From positions 32,488,001 through 32,552,000 of the forward strand of contig NC_086122.1 of assembly GCF_963921235.1 (NCBI RefSeq): a stretch of 64,000 nt of DNA, given 5' to 3'. A program made the position numbers and the translations under genes. The DNA is from Mobula hypostoma (taxonomy: Eukaryota). Positions 1 to 12,460 of the stretch are shown here, piece after piece; within the stretch, counting starts at the first letter, position 1, and every line of letters begins with the position of its first letter. The notes below the pieces were generated by a model. It was not told the origin of the DNA and did not search any database. It saw only the letters and a list, made by a program, of their open reading frames with translations.

Positions 1-87
1 GAACAAGAGGACTTAGTTACTAAATTCGGGGTGGTTATTTAAAATTGAAGACCGAATCACTGGATTTATCTACCTAGAGGATTATGG

Positions 88-758
88 AGCAACACTCACA
101 ACACGCTGGAGGAACTCAGCAGGTCAGGTAGCATCAGTGGAAACTATGAGTCAACATTTCGGGCTGGAACCCTTCGTCAGGACTGAACAAAGGAGGGGGA
201 AGGATTTGAAGAATGCTCGTAGGTTCAGTTGAAAGACCAGTAGTTTGAAAGACAAAGGGGTGGGGGAGGGGAAGCAGGGACGTCACAGGCAGGAAAACAA
301 TGGGTAGTAGAAGGAGGAGGCAGAACCGTGAGGGAGGTGATAGGCAGCTGGGGGAGGGGGCAGAGTGAAATAGGGATAGAGGAAGGGAGGGGGAGGGAAT
401 TACCGGAAGCTGGAGAATTCTATGTTCATACCAAGGGGCTGGAGACTACCTAGACAGTATATGAGGTGTTACTCCTCCAAGCTGAGTTTAGCCTTGTCAT
501 GGCAGTAGGCAGTAGTATGGACATATCTGAATGGGAATGGGAAGCAGAGTTGAAGTGGGTGGCTACCGGGAGATCCTGTCTGTTGTGGCGGACGGATTGG
601 AGGTGCTCGACGAAGCGGTCCCCTAATCTGCGTCGGGTTTCACTGATGTACAGAAGGCCGCACCGGGAGCACCGGATGCAATAGATGCCCGACCTGCTGA
701 GTTCCTCCAGCATGCTGTGAGTGTTGCTTTGATCCCAGCATCTGCAGATTATTTTGTG
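88..758 (-). mobile_element. Penelope-like element 3' fragment (GIY-YIG endonuclease + pseudo-LTR) with an inverted terminal segment
   Basis: IYCIRCSRCGLLYISETRRRLGDRFVEH...VATHF is a PLE GIY-YIG C-terminus. Hammerhead-like core at 150-183. 685-727 is an inverted copy of 88-135. Confidence 0.85.
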
Positions 759-1469
759 CAGATCAATGGAGGTGTTTAAAGAGTGGGTAGGTACATTTTT
801 GAAAGATCAGGGAACTGAAAGCTATGAGAAATCAGCAGAGGAAGATGAGGCCTGGGGCAAACCAGCGTGCTAACATTCAATGGAAGTGCAAGGACTGAAG
901 GACCAAATGGCTACTTCTGTTTCCTTATATTCCTTATGACATTTGCTGGTTCTTTTGCCAATTAACTTCACTCAAAGTCCTCCAGTTTTTGATCCCTCAA
1001 TCAATGGAAACAATTTTTCTTGTTCTGTGTTATCACATCATGATTTAATACTCTAAGATCCTCTTGTAACCTTCTCTGTTCCAAGGAAAACAATTCCTCC
1101 TCCAGTCTATCCACACAGATCCTTTGTAACAGGAATCTTTCACAGCCTCTAAGGTCTTCACATGTCTCCTATACTTCATTGCCCAGAATCAGACACAATA
1201 CTCCAGGTTAAAAACCTGCATTTTATTAAGCTTCATTATGACTTCCTTGCTCTTGTATTCATCGAACTATTTCTAAAGCCTGGTATTCCATATCCTTTTC
1301 TCACTGCTTTTTGAACCTATCAGTTACTTTGAACAGTATATGCTATTATATCCCAGAATCATTTTCATGCAGCTCATCTCTGGAGTATCTGAACAGTAGA
1401 CACCCATGTTACTGTTCATTGACTACAGATCCACCTTCAATTACAGAAAGATAGAGACCTGTGACATGG

Positions 1470-2225
1470 TGTAACAATTTTTCCTTCAATTATCAGCAAA
1501 ACATTGACTTCAGGAAAGTGCTTGTGTTACACCAGCTGTGCTAAGATAGGGGACGGAGAATTTCAAGTTCCTAGAGAACTTAAGAGTCACTATCACCAAT
1601 AGCCTGCCCTGGTCCAATCACCACAGCCAAGAAAGCTCATCTGCGTCTCTACTTCCTCAGGAGTTTAAAAAAGCTGGCTTATCTTTTGACCTTACTAATT
1701 TTAACTGTGCACCACAGAAAGCATTCTATTCAGATACATCAGAGTTTGGTGTGGCAACTGCTCTGCCCATGGCCACAAGAGAATGCAGAGTTGTGGACAC
1801 AGCTGAGTACATCATGGACACCTGCCTACACCTATGGATTCTGTCTTCACTTCTTGCTGTGTCAGTAAGGTATCCAGCAAAGTCAAAGATCCCACCTACT
1901 TTATCGCTTTTCTCCCCTCCCACTGGACAGAAGATGCAAAAACCTGAAAGCATGTACCAGCAGGCTTAAGGACAGCTTCTATCCCACTATTCTAAGATTA
2001 CTGAATGTTTCCCTAATACGATAAGGTAGAGTCTTGACCTCACAATCTAGATCTTTGTGACCTTATACTTTAATGTCTACCTGCACTGCACTTTCTCTGT
2101 ACTGTAACACTTTACTCTGCAATCTGTTTTATCCTGTACTACTTCAATGCACTGTTGTAATGAATTGTTCTGTATGGATAATATGCAAGTGAAGATTTTC
2201 GGTTTATGTAGCAATTCATTCACCA
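1470..2225 (+). mobile_element. Degenerate Rex/Babar-type LINE 3' fragment
   Basis: Remnant FKFL, AKKAHLRLYFLRSLKK and SFYPTILRLLN. Similar fragments at about 33135-33985 (-), 37555-37835 (+), 46330-46717 (+) and 59680-60050 (+). Confidence 0.65.
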
Positions 2226-2904
2226 ATTTCTAATACAGGTAATCAACTTTCATAGGAGCACCAATAGTCAACAGTGGCAGCCTTTACAATCAGAGAACAA
2301 AACTAATCATGGTCTTGATGGTAACATGTATGACTATGACAATGTCTCAACGTCTATGCAGGAGCATTTGAGCTAATTCAACAATTCTCAAAATCAAATA
2401 TGGATCCACGTAGCATCAGAGGCTAAAACAAAACCACTCACTTCTAAGTTTATGCAATGTCAAATAAAACATCAAATCTTGTCAAGGGTAATACTGGCAT
2501 TGAAGAAAGGGTTTTCAAATTTACAGTGATCATTGAATTCTGAATGCAAACACAAAACCTGATATTTTTAAAGGATTCCATAAGGCATATGACCATAATA
2601 CATAGGAATAGGAATACATATTCATAATACATATGAATATTTTCCTGCATCCACAAGGGATGTAACCGAGAAAAAAAAAAACAAGGAATAGTATCAGGCC
2701 ATTCAACCTATCAGGTCTGCTCCAATATTCTATAGCAACATTTAAAGAATATCACCTATAGGTATACTTGATTTTCATACCCTCTGGAACCAAAGTCAAT
2801 GACGAAGAAATGAGTTGTTCTACAAATGTCTGTGTCTATGGACATTATGTCAACATCATTATTGGTATGTTTTATTTGGCATTGCACAAAGATACTAGGT
2901 ACCT

Positions 2905-3373
2905 CGGAGTGTACATTCATGGTCTTCTGCTGCTGTAGCCCAGCCACTTCAAGGTTTAACGTGATGTACTTTCAGAGATACTCCTCTGCACACCACTGTT
3001 TAATGTATGGTCATTTGAGTTACTGTCGCCTTTCTGTCAGCTTGAACCAGTCTGGCCATTCTCCTCTGAACTCTCTCATTAACAAGGTGTTTTTGCCCAC
3101 AGAACTGCCACTCACTGGATGTTTTTTTTTCTGTTTTTCACTCCATTCTCTGTAAACTCGAGATGGTTGTGCATGAAAATCCCAGATCAGCAGTTTGAGA
3201 TAAGGCACTCCGACTGGCACCAACAATCATTTTGCAGTCAAAGCAGTTTGATTACATTTTTCCCACATTCTGATGTTTGGTCTGACGATGACTGCATGCT
3301 TTTATGCATTGATTTGCTGCCACGATTAGCTGTTTGGCATTAACGAGCAAATCCACAGGTATAACTAATAAAG
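2905..3373 (-). mobile_element. Old Tc1-like remnant of a different family
   Basis: Minus-strand SRVYREWSEKQK HTH-like fragment plus a terminal sequence resembling fish/amphibian Tc1 non-autonomous elements (recognised by eye). Confidence 0.6.
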
Positions 3374-6300
3374 AGTATTTGTTTTACATATCTTTATGGA
3401 TATCTGTTACATATGCCTTAATTATAACTTAAATTAATTATGGAGATATATTGAAATATGCTAATGAATTCAAGGTACTCTAAAATTAAAAGTGCTAAAC
3501 TATTCAATAAATGAATTCAGTTTCAAGTGAGGCAATAAGCCACGTAGATTAGGAAGTTCTGAGCCCAGAACCTAATGCATTGGCTTGTGGTAGTAGCACT
3601 ATAAGGATTAGATGAAAATTTCCCGCATCCACATGCAATGTAACCGAGAGAAAAACAAGGCTCCCCACTTCGCCCTCCCCCTTCTAATAATGATGCCTTA
3701 CTGATGATAAACAAAATGCCCATGATGAAACAGCTGAAAATAACTAATGAAAGGATGCAATACTTGTCAAGCAGTATCTATGAAGTAAGGTAGAGGAAGA
3801 GCATAGAGGCCGCAGATACTGGGATATACAATATAAACAGAACATTGGAATAATTAAGTAAACTCAGCAGCATCCATAGAGTATAAGTTCCTTCGTCCAA
3901 GACTCTGCAGAATGAAGCAGGAACAGTATAGTTCATAATTCCACAATGGAGGGGGGAGGGAAGGAACAGTTGCTGGTTGGTAATAGGTGCAGCCAGATGG
4001 GGAGGAGCTAATGGACAGATGGAACTAAGTATGGGAAGGTGTTGATGGCTGGGGGAAGCATGATATGAACAATGCAGTCAAAATGAGTGTACAGGTTGGA
4101 AAATGTGCAGGTAAATACCTGCCTCATCCATAAAGGTCATTTAGGTCCCTGAAAAGCAAGAGTGGTTGTGGTGGTGGGATGTAGTAGGTGAGGTGAAGAA
4201 TAGTTTTACACCTTCTTTTGGAGGGGACAGGGAAGATTGAGCAGATCAGGAAATCCAAAAAAAAAAGCATTCCTCATTGAAAGCAGATGGCGGACGAGTA
4301 AGATGGGACTGGTGGGATATTGGATGGAGCTGGTGGAAAATTGTGTACAGAAGATGGTGGGTGAAAGGCAAAGACCAAGGGAACTCAACAGCTATTCTAC
4401 CTCAAGGAAGGAAGTAGGGGAGGGGGTCACAGCAGAAATGCAAGAAATAGGGAGGGTTCCATCAACTATGGAACTGAGTAAACTCTAAAGCAGAAGGCGT
4501 CATCTTCGAGGCAGACTGGGAGGAGCAAAAACAAATAGATAGGTCCATGTTCCTTCCTCCCTTGGCAAACTTTTCTTCTCTAATGGTGCCTCACCTGCTG
4601 AGCATTTCTAGCAATGACTGCAGTAAAGGAGTGATCACTGAAACAGACAATTATTAACTTTTTTTTGAACTAAGTACATGAGCAGAGGAACAGAAGGATG
4701 TAACGTAAAACAAGATCCCAAAAGGATCAACTGCTCCAGGAAAGGAAGTGAAGAGGTACAGAAAAGCAAAACATCCAGGAAATTAAACAAAAATTATCAT
4801 CAGCTCTCTTACAGGTATCCCATCTTCCTTCACAATCACAACTGAAATACTTCTCTTTAGGTACATTCCAAATCTGAAGTCAAAACATTCATAACAGCAG
4901 TTCATTAGAAATGCTGGAGTAGGAAAATAGGCAAATGGAACGTGTAGTAATTTGGAACTGAAATGGAGCTCATGCATAAATACCTGTCTTGATAATACTA
5001 TACAAGATTCGTCCATAATGTAGTGTCATGACTTGGGAGATCATAGTCTTTCCATTACCATGATCATTCTTGGCAATTTTTTTCTACAGAAGTGGTTTGC
5101 CATTGCCTTCTTCTGGGCAGTGCCTTCATAAGACAGGTGACTCCAGCCATTATCAATACTCTTCAGAGCTTGCTTGGCATCAGTGATCACATAACCAAGG
5201 CTTGTGATATGCATCAGCTGCTCATTTGACCACCCACTACCTGCTCCCATGACTTCACATGACCCTGATCGGTGGGGGGGCTAAGCAGGTGCTACACCTT
5301 GCCCAGGAGTGACCTGCAGGCTAGCGGAGGGAAGGAGTGCCTTACACGTCCTTTGTTAGAGGTGTAGGTATCTCCATCCTGCCACCCTTTTCAAGATTCG
5401 GCCCTCTACAATTTTATAATTTTCAGCTGCAGATGTTTAAACTATTGTGCTTAACCTTTTTTGACCCTGCATATGGGAATCAAGAAACTAGTCTTCAGGT
5501 GAAATTAGTTTAAATGAGAGATTATCAAATAGGATATAATATCCATAGACACTTCACTGGTACTTCAATTTTACTGCAGCAAGAACATCAGGAACATTCA
5601 GGTGACTGATTTATCAAGAATTATCTGCCAGAAGTGCAGTTGAAGCAAATGCACATTGCAAGGAACTGTCAAAAATAATCTAATAAGCATTAATAAATAT
5701 GACATATTCTGGTGTACTCAAATCCATTAAGAGTGATGAGAATGCATTAGTGTTGGAGTGTTGCTTTTACTAGAGCTAGATAAGGAGCAGTTCCTGGCTT
5801 AATTAAGCCAAAACCGATTATGTTTGGTATTACAGACACTCAGAACTGCATTTGTGATTTAAGGAGCTGAGCAAGTCATTTGAAAACAGGTTTAAAGGAT
5901 AAATACAAGTAGTTGATTGGTACTAGTTACACTTACTGAGAAAGCCATGCAGCTTAGTATTACCAGCATACGTTTACAAGGCCAAGACCAGCGGGCTTTT
6001 TTTTTAAATGTTCCGGTGTCAAAAAGCATAGATAATAATCTGATCCACAGCACATGATTATTGCAGATTTAGGAGTTGGGTACATCTCACCTTTATACTA
6101 GAAATGAAGAACAGTGAACTCTACTCTTAGTTTTCCTTGTCTGCTCTCTACTAAATTTTGGTGGAAAAAGTAGTACAACAGCCTTGATCTGTTAATCAAT
6201 CCACTTAGCTTTGCATTATATTATTGTACATCAGACCTATCTTTTAAAGCCCAGATTTGAACAGGCCTTGAGTACATAACATTTCTAACAACTTCCAAAA

Positions 6301-6377
6301 TCTTGTTGAAATATTGTGTGCAGAAAGAAAATCCACCATTAAGCAAGCTATTCTTCCCAATGTCTCACCATTGAGGC

Positions 6378-8809
6378 TGTACCATATAGCCTACTGTATA
6401 ATATGGGCCTATTTTATGTCGTAGTAACAGGTTATTGAGCATGCGGTATTAGGCATGTATTGATCTGTATATATGTGTTCAGTTCGGGTTCCATAGGTAA
6501 AAAGCCCTATTAACTTAGCTCCAGTCTCTAGCGTTTTTATTTATAGTTTTGTTGTATAACCGGGCCACATACACAACAAATTGACGACGAGGTTACTGAA
6601 CCTGCATCGTATCGGAACGCTGTGTTTTAATTGATTAACGGCACTCAGAAGAGGCAGAGTGAGGCCGCGAGTCTGAAAAGAAGCGGGAATTCTACTGGAG
6701 TCAGAAAACCGAAAGACACAGTCGGAGCCCCAGCGCATCCAGGCGAGACCACAGCCGGCGCTGAACCCCAGGGCTGAGAGTCTGCCTGCCTCAGAAGGGG
6801 GGAAAAAAGGAGCAACACACACATCGAGCCAGAGTACGCTTGCGACACTAGCAAAATAAAAAGTCACGTGTCAAAAAGAAAACAAGGGACCGGGGTTAAA
6901 TTAACATAACAAGGATAAATTAACACAAGGCTGGCGTTAATTGGAACCATTACAGCATTTGATAGTGGCATTGAAGACTGGGCAATTTATATTGAAAAAA
7001 TAGAGTTATATTGTGATGCTAACAATGTTAATGAAGAAAAGAAAGCCATCTTACTTAAGTGTAATGGGCGTGAAAACATACGGCCTGCTACGGAGCTTGT
7101 TAACCCCTGAAAAGCCAGCTGACAAAACGTTTAAGCAAATAGCGGACACTCTCCAACAGCATTTAAACCCCAAACCGCTGGTCACTGCTGAAAGATTTAA
7201 ATTCCATAAACTGAAACAGGGCAAAGATGAAAGCATTTCTGAATATTGTGCTGAATTGCGCAAATTATCAGAACATTGTCAATTTGGAGCTGGTCTATCG
7301 GATGCATTTAGGGATAGGTTAGTGTGTGGCATGCACTGTGAAACCGCACAGAAGTTGTTCCTGTGTGAAAAAGACCTCACATTCAAGAAAGTGCTAAACA
7401 TCTCAATATCATTAGAAACAGCCGCACGAGATGCTTCGCAGATACAACAAAAATCTCTGGAATATGCTACGAATAAAATGTCACTGCACAGAAATGAAGG
7501 AATGAAATGTTACCGTTGTGGGAACAGGTCACATGACCCTGATGGTTGTTGGTTTAAAGATAAAGAATGCCAAAACTGTGGCAAACAGGGCCACACTGGC
7601 AGAGTATGCAAAGCTAGTAAACAGCAGGAAAAGGACAAAATACAGAGAAGCAAGAAACCCCAGAAAGGAAAATACAACAATGTGCCTAAAATGAAAGAAA
7701 GCAATTCTGATGAAAATGACTCAGACAGAAGTGAATTGTCTTGTCTACCAATTCACCGTGTAGACAGATGCTCGAAGAGTAATATGGATCACTCCACAAG
7801 TGGCAGGCATGAGACTGAAAATGGAGTTGGACACAGGCTCAGCCTTAACAGTGATCTCTGTACACGACTACAAATGACAGTTTTCGCACATACCTCTGAA
7901 ACGAACTAAACTACTGCTGAAGACTTACACAGGACAGAAAGTGCATCCCGAAGGCAAAATTAAAGTGACAGTGACCCATGGAGGTAAAACACAGCAACAG
8001 AACCTCTATGTACTGAAAAATGGATGACCACCATTGCTGGGATGTGAATGGCTCAGGAAAATTCAGTTGGATTGGCACAACATCAAGGCACTAAATGTGT
8101 CAGCAAAGGAGGGCAGCAAGGCCACATCTAAGAGACTGTCGCAAATACTTGCTGACTCTGAGGAAGTGTTCATGAAGGGAATAGGAACACTTCGGGGCAT
8201 GAAAGCAAAGATTGAGATTGAGGAAAATGCATGTCCAAAATTTCACAAAGCCAGGCTAGTGCCATATGCAATCCATCCTACAATAGAGGCAGAGCTGAAA
8301 AATCTGGAGCAGACTGGCGTCTTGTCAAAGGTGGATTGGAGTGAATGGGCCACGCCTATTGTTCCAGTGATGAAGAAAACCTCCAGCACAAAACCAGGAA
8401 AACCAAGCAAGGTGCGCATATGTGGTGACTTTAAAGTGACTGTTAACCCAGTCCTCCACATTGTACAGTATCCTCTACCTCGTATTGAGGACATTTTTGC
8501 TTCCCTGTCAGGAGGGGAACATTTCACAAAAATTTATTTCACCCAGGCTTACCTTCAAATGGAAATCGAGGAAGCATCAAAGAAACACCTGACAATAAAT
8601 ACACTTCCAAAATAAAAGCGGAGGAGTGTACCATATAACCTATTTTATGTCGTAGTAACACATTATTGAGCATGCGCTATTAGGCGTGTATTGATCTGTA
8701 TATATGTGTTCAGTTCGGGTTCCATAAGTAAAAAGCCCTGTTAACTTAGTTCCAGTCTCTAGCGTTTTTATTTATCGTTTTGTTGTGTAACCCAGCCACA
8801 TACACAACA
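6378..8809 (+). mobile_element. Ty3/Gypsy LTR retrotransposon, internally deleted and disabled
   Basis: TG...CA LTRs at 6378-6578 and 8627-8809. PBS-like TTGACGACGAGG after the 5' LTR; PPT AAAAGCGGAGGAG 8614-8626; TSD GAGGC/CAGGC. Contains gag, protease and the N-terminal part of RT. Confidence 0.93.
6931..8615 (+). pseudogene. Gypsy gag-pol remnant
   Basis: Gag with two CCHC knuckles (CYRCGNRSHDPDGC, CQNCGKQGHTGRVC). Protease MELDTGS at 7821 in a shifted frame. RT motifs SEWATPIVPV, RICGDFK, YPLPRIEDIF, AYLQM. Frameshifts near 7055 and 7765, stop near 8025, ends before YxDD. Confidence 0.9.
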
Positions 8810-10156
8810 CAGGCATTATACATTTTATAAAGAAAAGGAATTTCTTTAGTGTTTTTGTTTAGTTTACATTGAATCCAACACCTTAAAATACTAAACTGTA
8901 ATAGAATCAGTTTCATTAATAAAAACTGAATTTTACTATTTTTAAAAGATAATTAATCTTCAAAGATAGTAAATTTAATCTTTAACCATGAAACAGATTT
9001 AATTCAAACATATCAAAAAATTAAGTTCAGTAAATTGGTAAGAAAAGGTTCAGAGCGGATATATACACAGATAAGAAGATATTTAAAACTTTGTTAATGC
9101 ACTGTAGTAAAGTGTTTCATAATGCAGTGCTACTGCGATTTTGATCATCAAATGCTTCACTTTCTCCCGACAGATCAGCACTTTATTCCAGAACCAACCA
9201 ATATACGTTTCAATTTTTTAAAAAGCATAGGTCATAGTCCATTACATAATCAATATGAAAAGGGATAAACTAAAGATTAATGTTACACAACATCTTAGAA
9301 CAAGTTGAATTAATAATTCAATATGTGTGCTGACGTCTACCTTTTGGAAACTAAAATTTAAATGCTAACATTTAAACTCTTGAGTTTAGTATGATGGTCC
9401 AGATAGTGCAAACAGCTCATAAATTATTTTTTAAAAAATAGCCCTGAAGATGTCCATGCTTGTTGCCAACATTGCCACCAATAATACAGGACCTGTGGAA
9501 ATAAAACAGAGGAATAGCCCAAAATGGCGGCAAAACAGTACTTCTGGGTTCTGGAGTATTTTAAGAATCCACAAATTCATCAAGAAAGGTACTAGAACCA
9601 ACCGATTTTCTTTAAGAATTAACATTAAAAAATAATAAATGTCGATGAAATGCCAAACTCAGTGTCTGGTTCATCAACCAATTTTAGACGGGATTGCAGC
9701 AGGGAAGTTACAACCAGCCTCAAATCCTCGCCTCTGAACACTATCTGGACATTGCAAGAACAGAACCTCGAAAATTCATAATGTTTTTCCCATTTGCTGG
9801 CACAGATAGAGAGGGGTTCCCTAATGCCAAGGTAATTTATTCCCTACATTGATAACGAATGAACATTTTTTTTACCCTTCTTTTTGTAATACATATTCTA
9901 ACTCTATATAGCAAGGACATATCCAACATTTCAGATGCCTTTCAAGGTAATCATGTTGAAGTTTCCACCTCCTGACTTTCTCAATCCATGCCCCATACTG
10001 CTTTATCTCCTCCAAAAAAGCTTAGTAAAATTAATCCAATCCTACTTAGCTTTTGAAACTTTTCATTAATTTACCCATCATTGCCATTTCAACTTCCTCA
10101 AATTCCTCCGTATTGTCTCCTCCAATCCTGCACAATACCAAGTTCCCCTACTCTAA

Positions 10157-10612
10157 AGGCTGATTTATACTTGTGCGTATGGGCTACGCTGTAGCCTATG
10201 CAGTTGTGAGCATTTATACTTGTGCGTTGGTGTGTCTGCATCGCTCTGCAATTCACCACCAAAACGCTAGTTGGCGGTGGGGTTTCTATGCCACTGTATT
10301 GAGTTTCTTCCTGTACTTCAAACAATGGCGATTGAAACTGAGCGCATCATGTTGGAGATGGAGCTCATGTTGAGTTAAGAACGCTCAACTCAGATTCTTC
10401 TTCTCTCTCAATTCTGAAATGGTGGAGAAGCAGCAACTGGAAATGCGATGCTACCAAGCGGACCAATAACTGTTGTTGCGGTCTGCGTCGCCCCAACGCA
10501 CAATTACATTTTGGGAGAGGTGCGTGCTAGGCTACGGCAAAGGGTTCAGCGTAGAGTACGCGGCTATGCCGTACCTATGGCGTACATTTGACGCAGAAGA
10601 ATAAATTGGGCT
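10157..10612. mobile_element. PIF/Harbinger-type MITE
   Basis: 22-bp imperfect TIR (AGGCTGATTTATACTTGTGCGT vs AGCCCAATTTATTCTTCTGCGT), TAA TSD on both sides, subterminal GGCTACG-type repeats, no ORF. Confidence 0.7.
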
Positions 10613-10840
10613 TAATTGCTCTGCCAGTTATCTCCACAGACTTCGGCCAGATTTTAAATTCTACAACTTCCTTCCTGGGAACTTTTATCATGATATCTCT
10701 CTCCCAGCCTTCATTCCCCCACACCCCACCCATAAATCTTAATAGTGGCTAATAATCTCCTACCAAATTTAATCTAAAGTCAAGTACAAGCTGTTGTGCC
10801 TGCTACACTTAGCTGTTATTAATTATTGACATTTTATATA

Positions 10841-12460
10841 CAGTGGTATGCAAATGTTTGGGCACCCCTGGTCAAACATTCTGTTACTGTGAATAGCTAA
10901 GCGAGTAAACGATGACCTGATTTCCAAAAGGCATAAAGTTAAAGATGACAGATTTCTTTAATATTTTAAAGCAAGATTACTTTTATATTTCTATCTTTTA
11001 CAGTTTCAAAATAACAAAAAAGGAAAAGGGCCCAAAGCTAAAGTTTGGGCACCCTGCAGGGTCAGTACTTAGTAACACCCCCTTTGGCAAGTATCACAGC
11101 TTGTAAACGCTTTCTGTAGCCAGCAAGCTAAGAGTCTTTCAATTCTTGTTTGGGGGACTTTTGCCCATTCTTCCTTGCAAAAGGCTTCCAGTTCTGAGAG
11201 ATTCTTGGGCCGTCTTGCACGCACTGCTCTTTTGAGGTCTATCTACAGATTTTTCGATGATGTTTAGGTCGGGAGACTATGAACATGGCAAAACCTTCAG
11301 CTTGCACCTCTTAAGGTAGTCCACTGCAGATTTTGAGGTGTGTTTGGGATCATTATTCTGTTGTAGAAGCCATCCTCTTTTCATTTTCAGTTTTTTTTTT
11401 TTACAGACAGTGTGATGTTTGCTTCCAGAATGTGCTGGTATTTAATTGAATTCATTCTTCCCTCTACCAGTGAAATGTTCCCCGTGCCACTGGCTGCAAC
11501 ACAAGCCCAAAGCATGATTGATCCACCCCCGTGCTTAACAGTTGGAGAGGTGTTCTTTTCATGAAATTCTGTACCCTTTTTTCTCCAAACATACCTTTGC
11601 TCGTTGCGGCCAAAAAGTTCTATTTTAACTTCATCAGTCCACAGGACTTCTTTCCAAAATGCATCAGTCTTGTTTAGATGTTCTTTTGCAAACTTGACGC
11701 TTAATTTTGTGGTGAGGACACAGGAAAGGTTTTCTTCTAATGGCTCTTCCATGAAGGTCATATTTATGCAGGTGTCACTGCACAGTAGAACAGTGCACCA
11801 CCACTTCCAGTGTCTGCTAAATCTTCCTGAAGGTCTTTTGCAGTCAAACGGGGGTTTTGATTTGCCTTTCTACCAATCCTACGAGCAGTTCTCTCCGAAA
11901 GTTTTCTTGGTCTTCCAGACCTCAACTTGACCTCCACCGTTCCAGTTAACTGCCATTTCTTAATTACGTTACGAACTGAGGAAACGGCTACCTGAAAACT
12001 CTTTGCTACCTTCTTATAGCCTTCTCCTGCTTTGTGGGCATCATTTATTTTAATTTTCAGAGTGCTAGGCAGCTGCTTAGAGGAGCCCATGGCTGCTGAT
12101 TGTTGGGACAAGGTTTGAGGAGTCAGGGTATTTATAAAGCTTTGAAATTTGCATCACCTGGCCTTTCCTAACAATGACTGTGAACAAGCCATAGCCCTAA
12201 CAAGCTAATTAAGGTCTGAGACCGCGGTAAAAATTATCTGAGAGCTCAAATCTCTTGGGGTGCCCAAACTTTTTCATGGTGCTTTCCTTTTTTTCCACTC
12301 TAAAATTGTACAAAACAAAAATAATACACTAATCTTGCTTAAAATGTTGAAAAGAATGTTTCATCTTTAACTTTTGGGGATCAGTTCATCTTCTACTCAT
12401 TTAACTATTCACAGTAACAGAAATTTTGATCAGGGGTGCCCAAACTTTTGCATACTGCTG
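10841..12460 (-). mobile_element. Tc1-family (IR/DR type, DD34E) DNA transposon, full length, disabled
   Basis: TIR CAGTGGTATGCAAATGTTTGGGCACCCCTG and its inverse, TA TSD, internal direct repeats AAAGTTTGGGCACCC. Transposase motifs GRPRK, WTDE, WACV, SPDLNIIE. Confidence 0.95.

Noticed and set aside
7013-7909. Domesticated gag gene (Arc/PNMA-like)
   Set aside because: The gag N-terminus is in another frame, the ORF runs out of frame into the protease, and it sits between ordinary LTRs.
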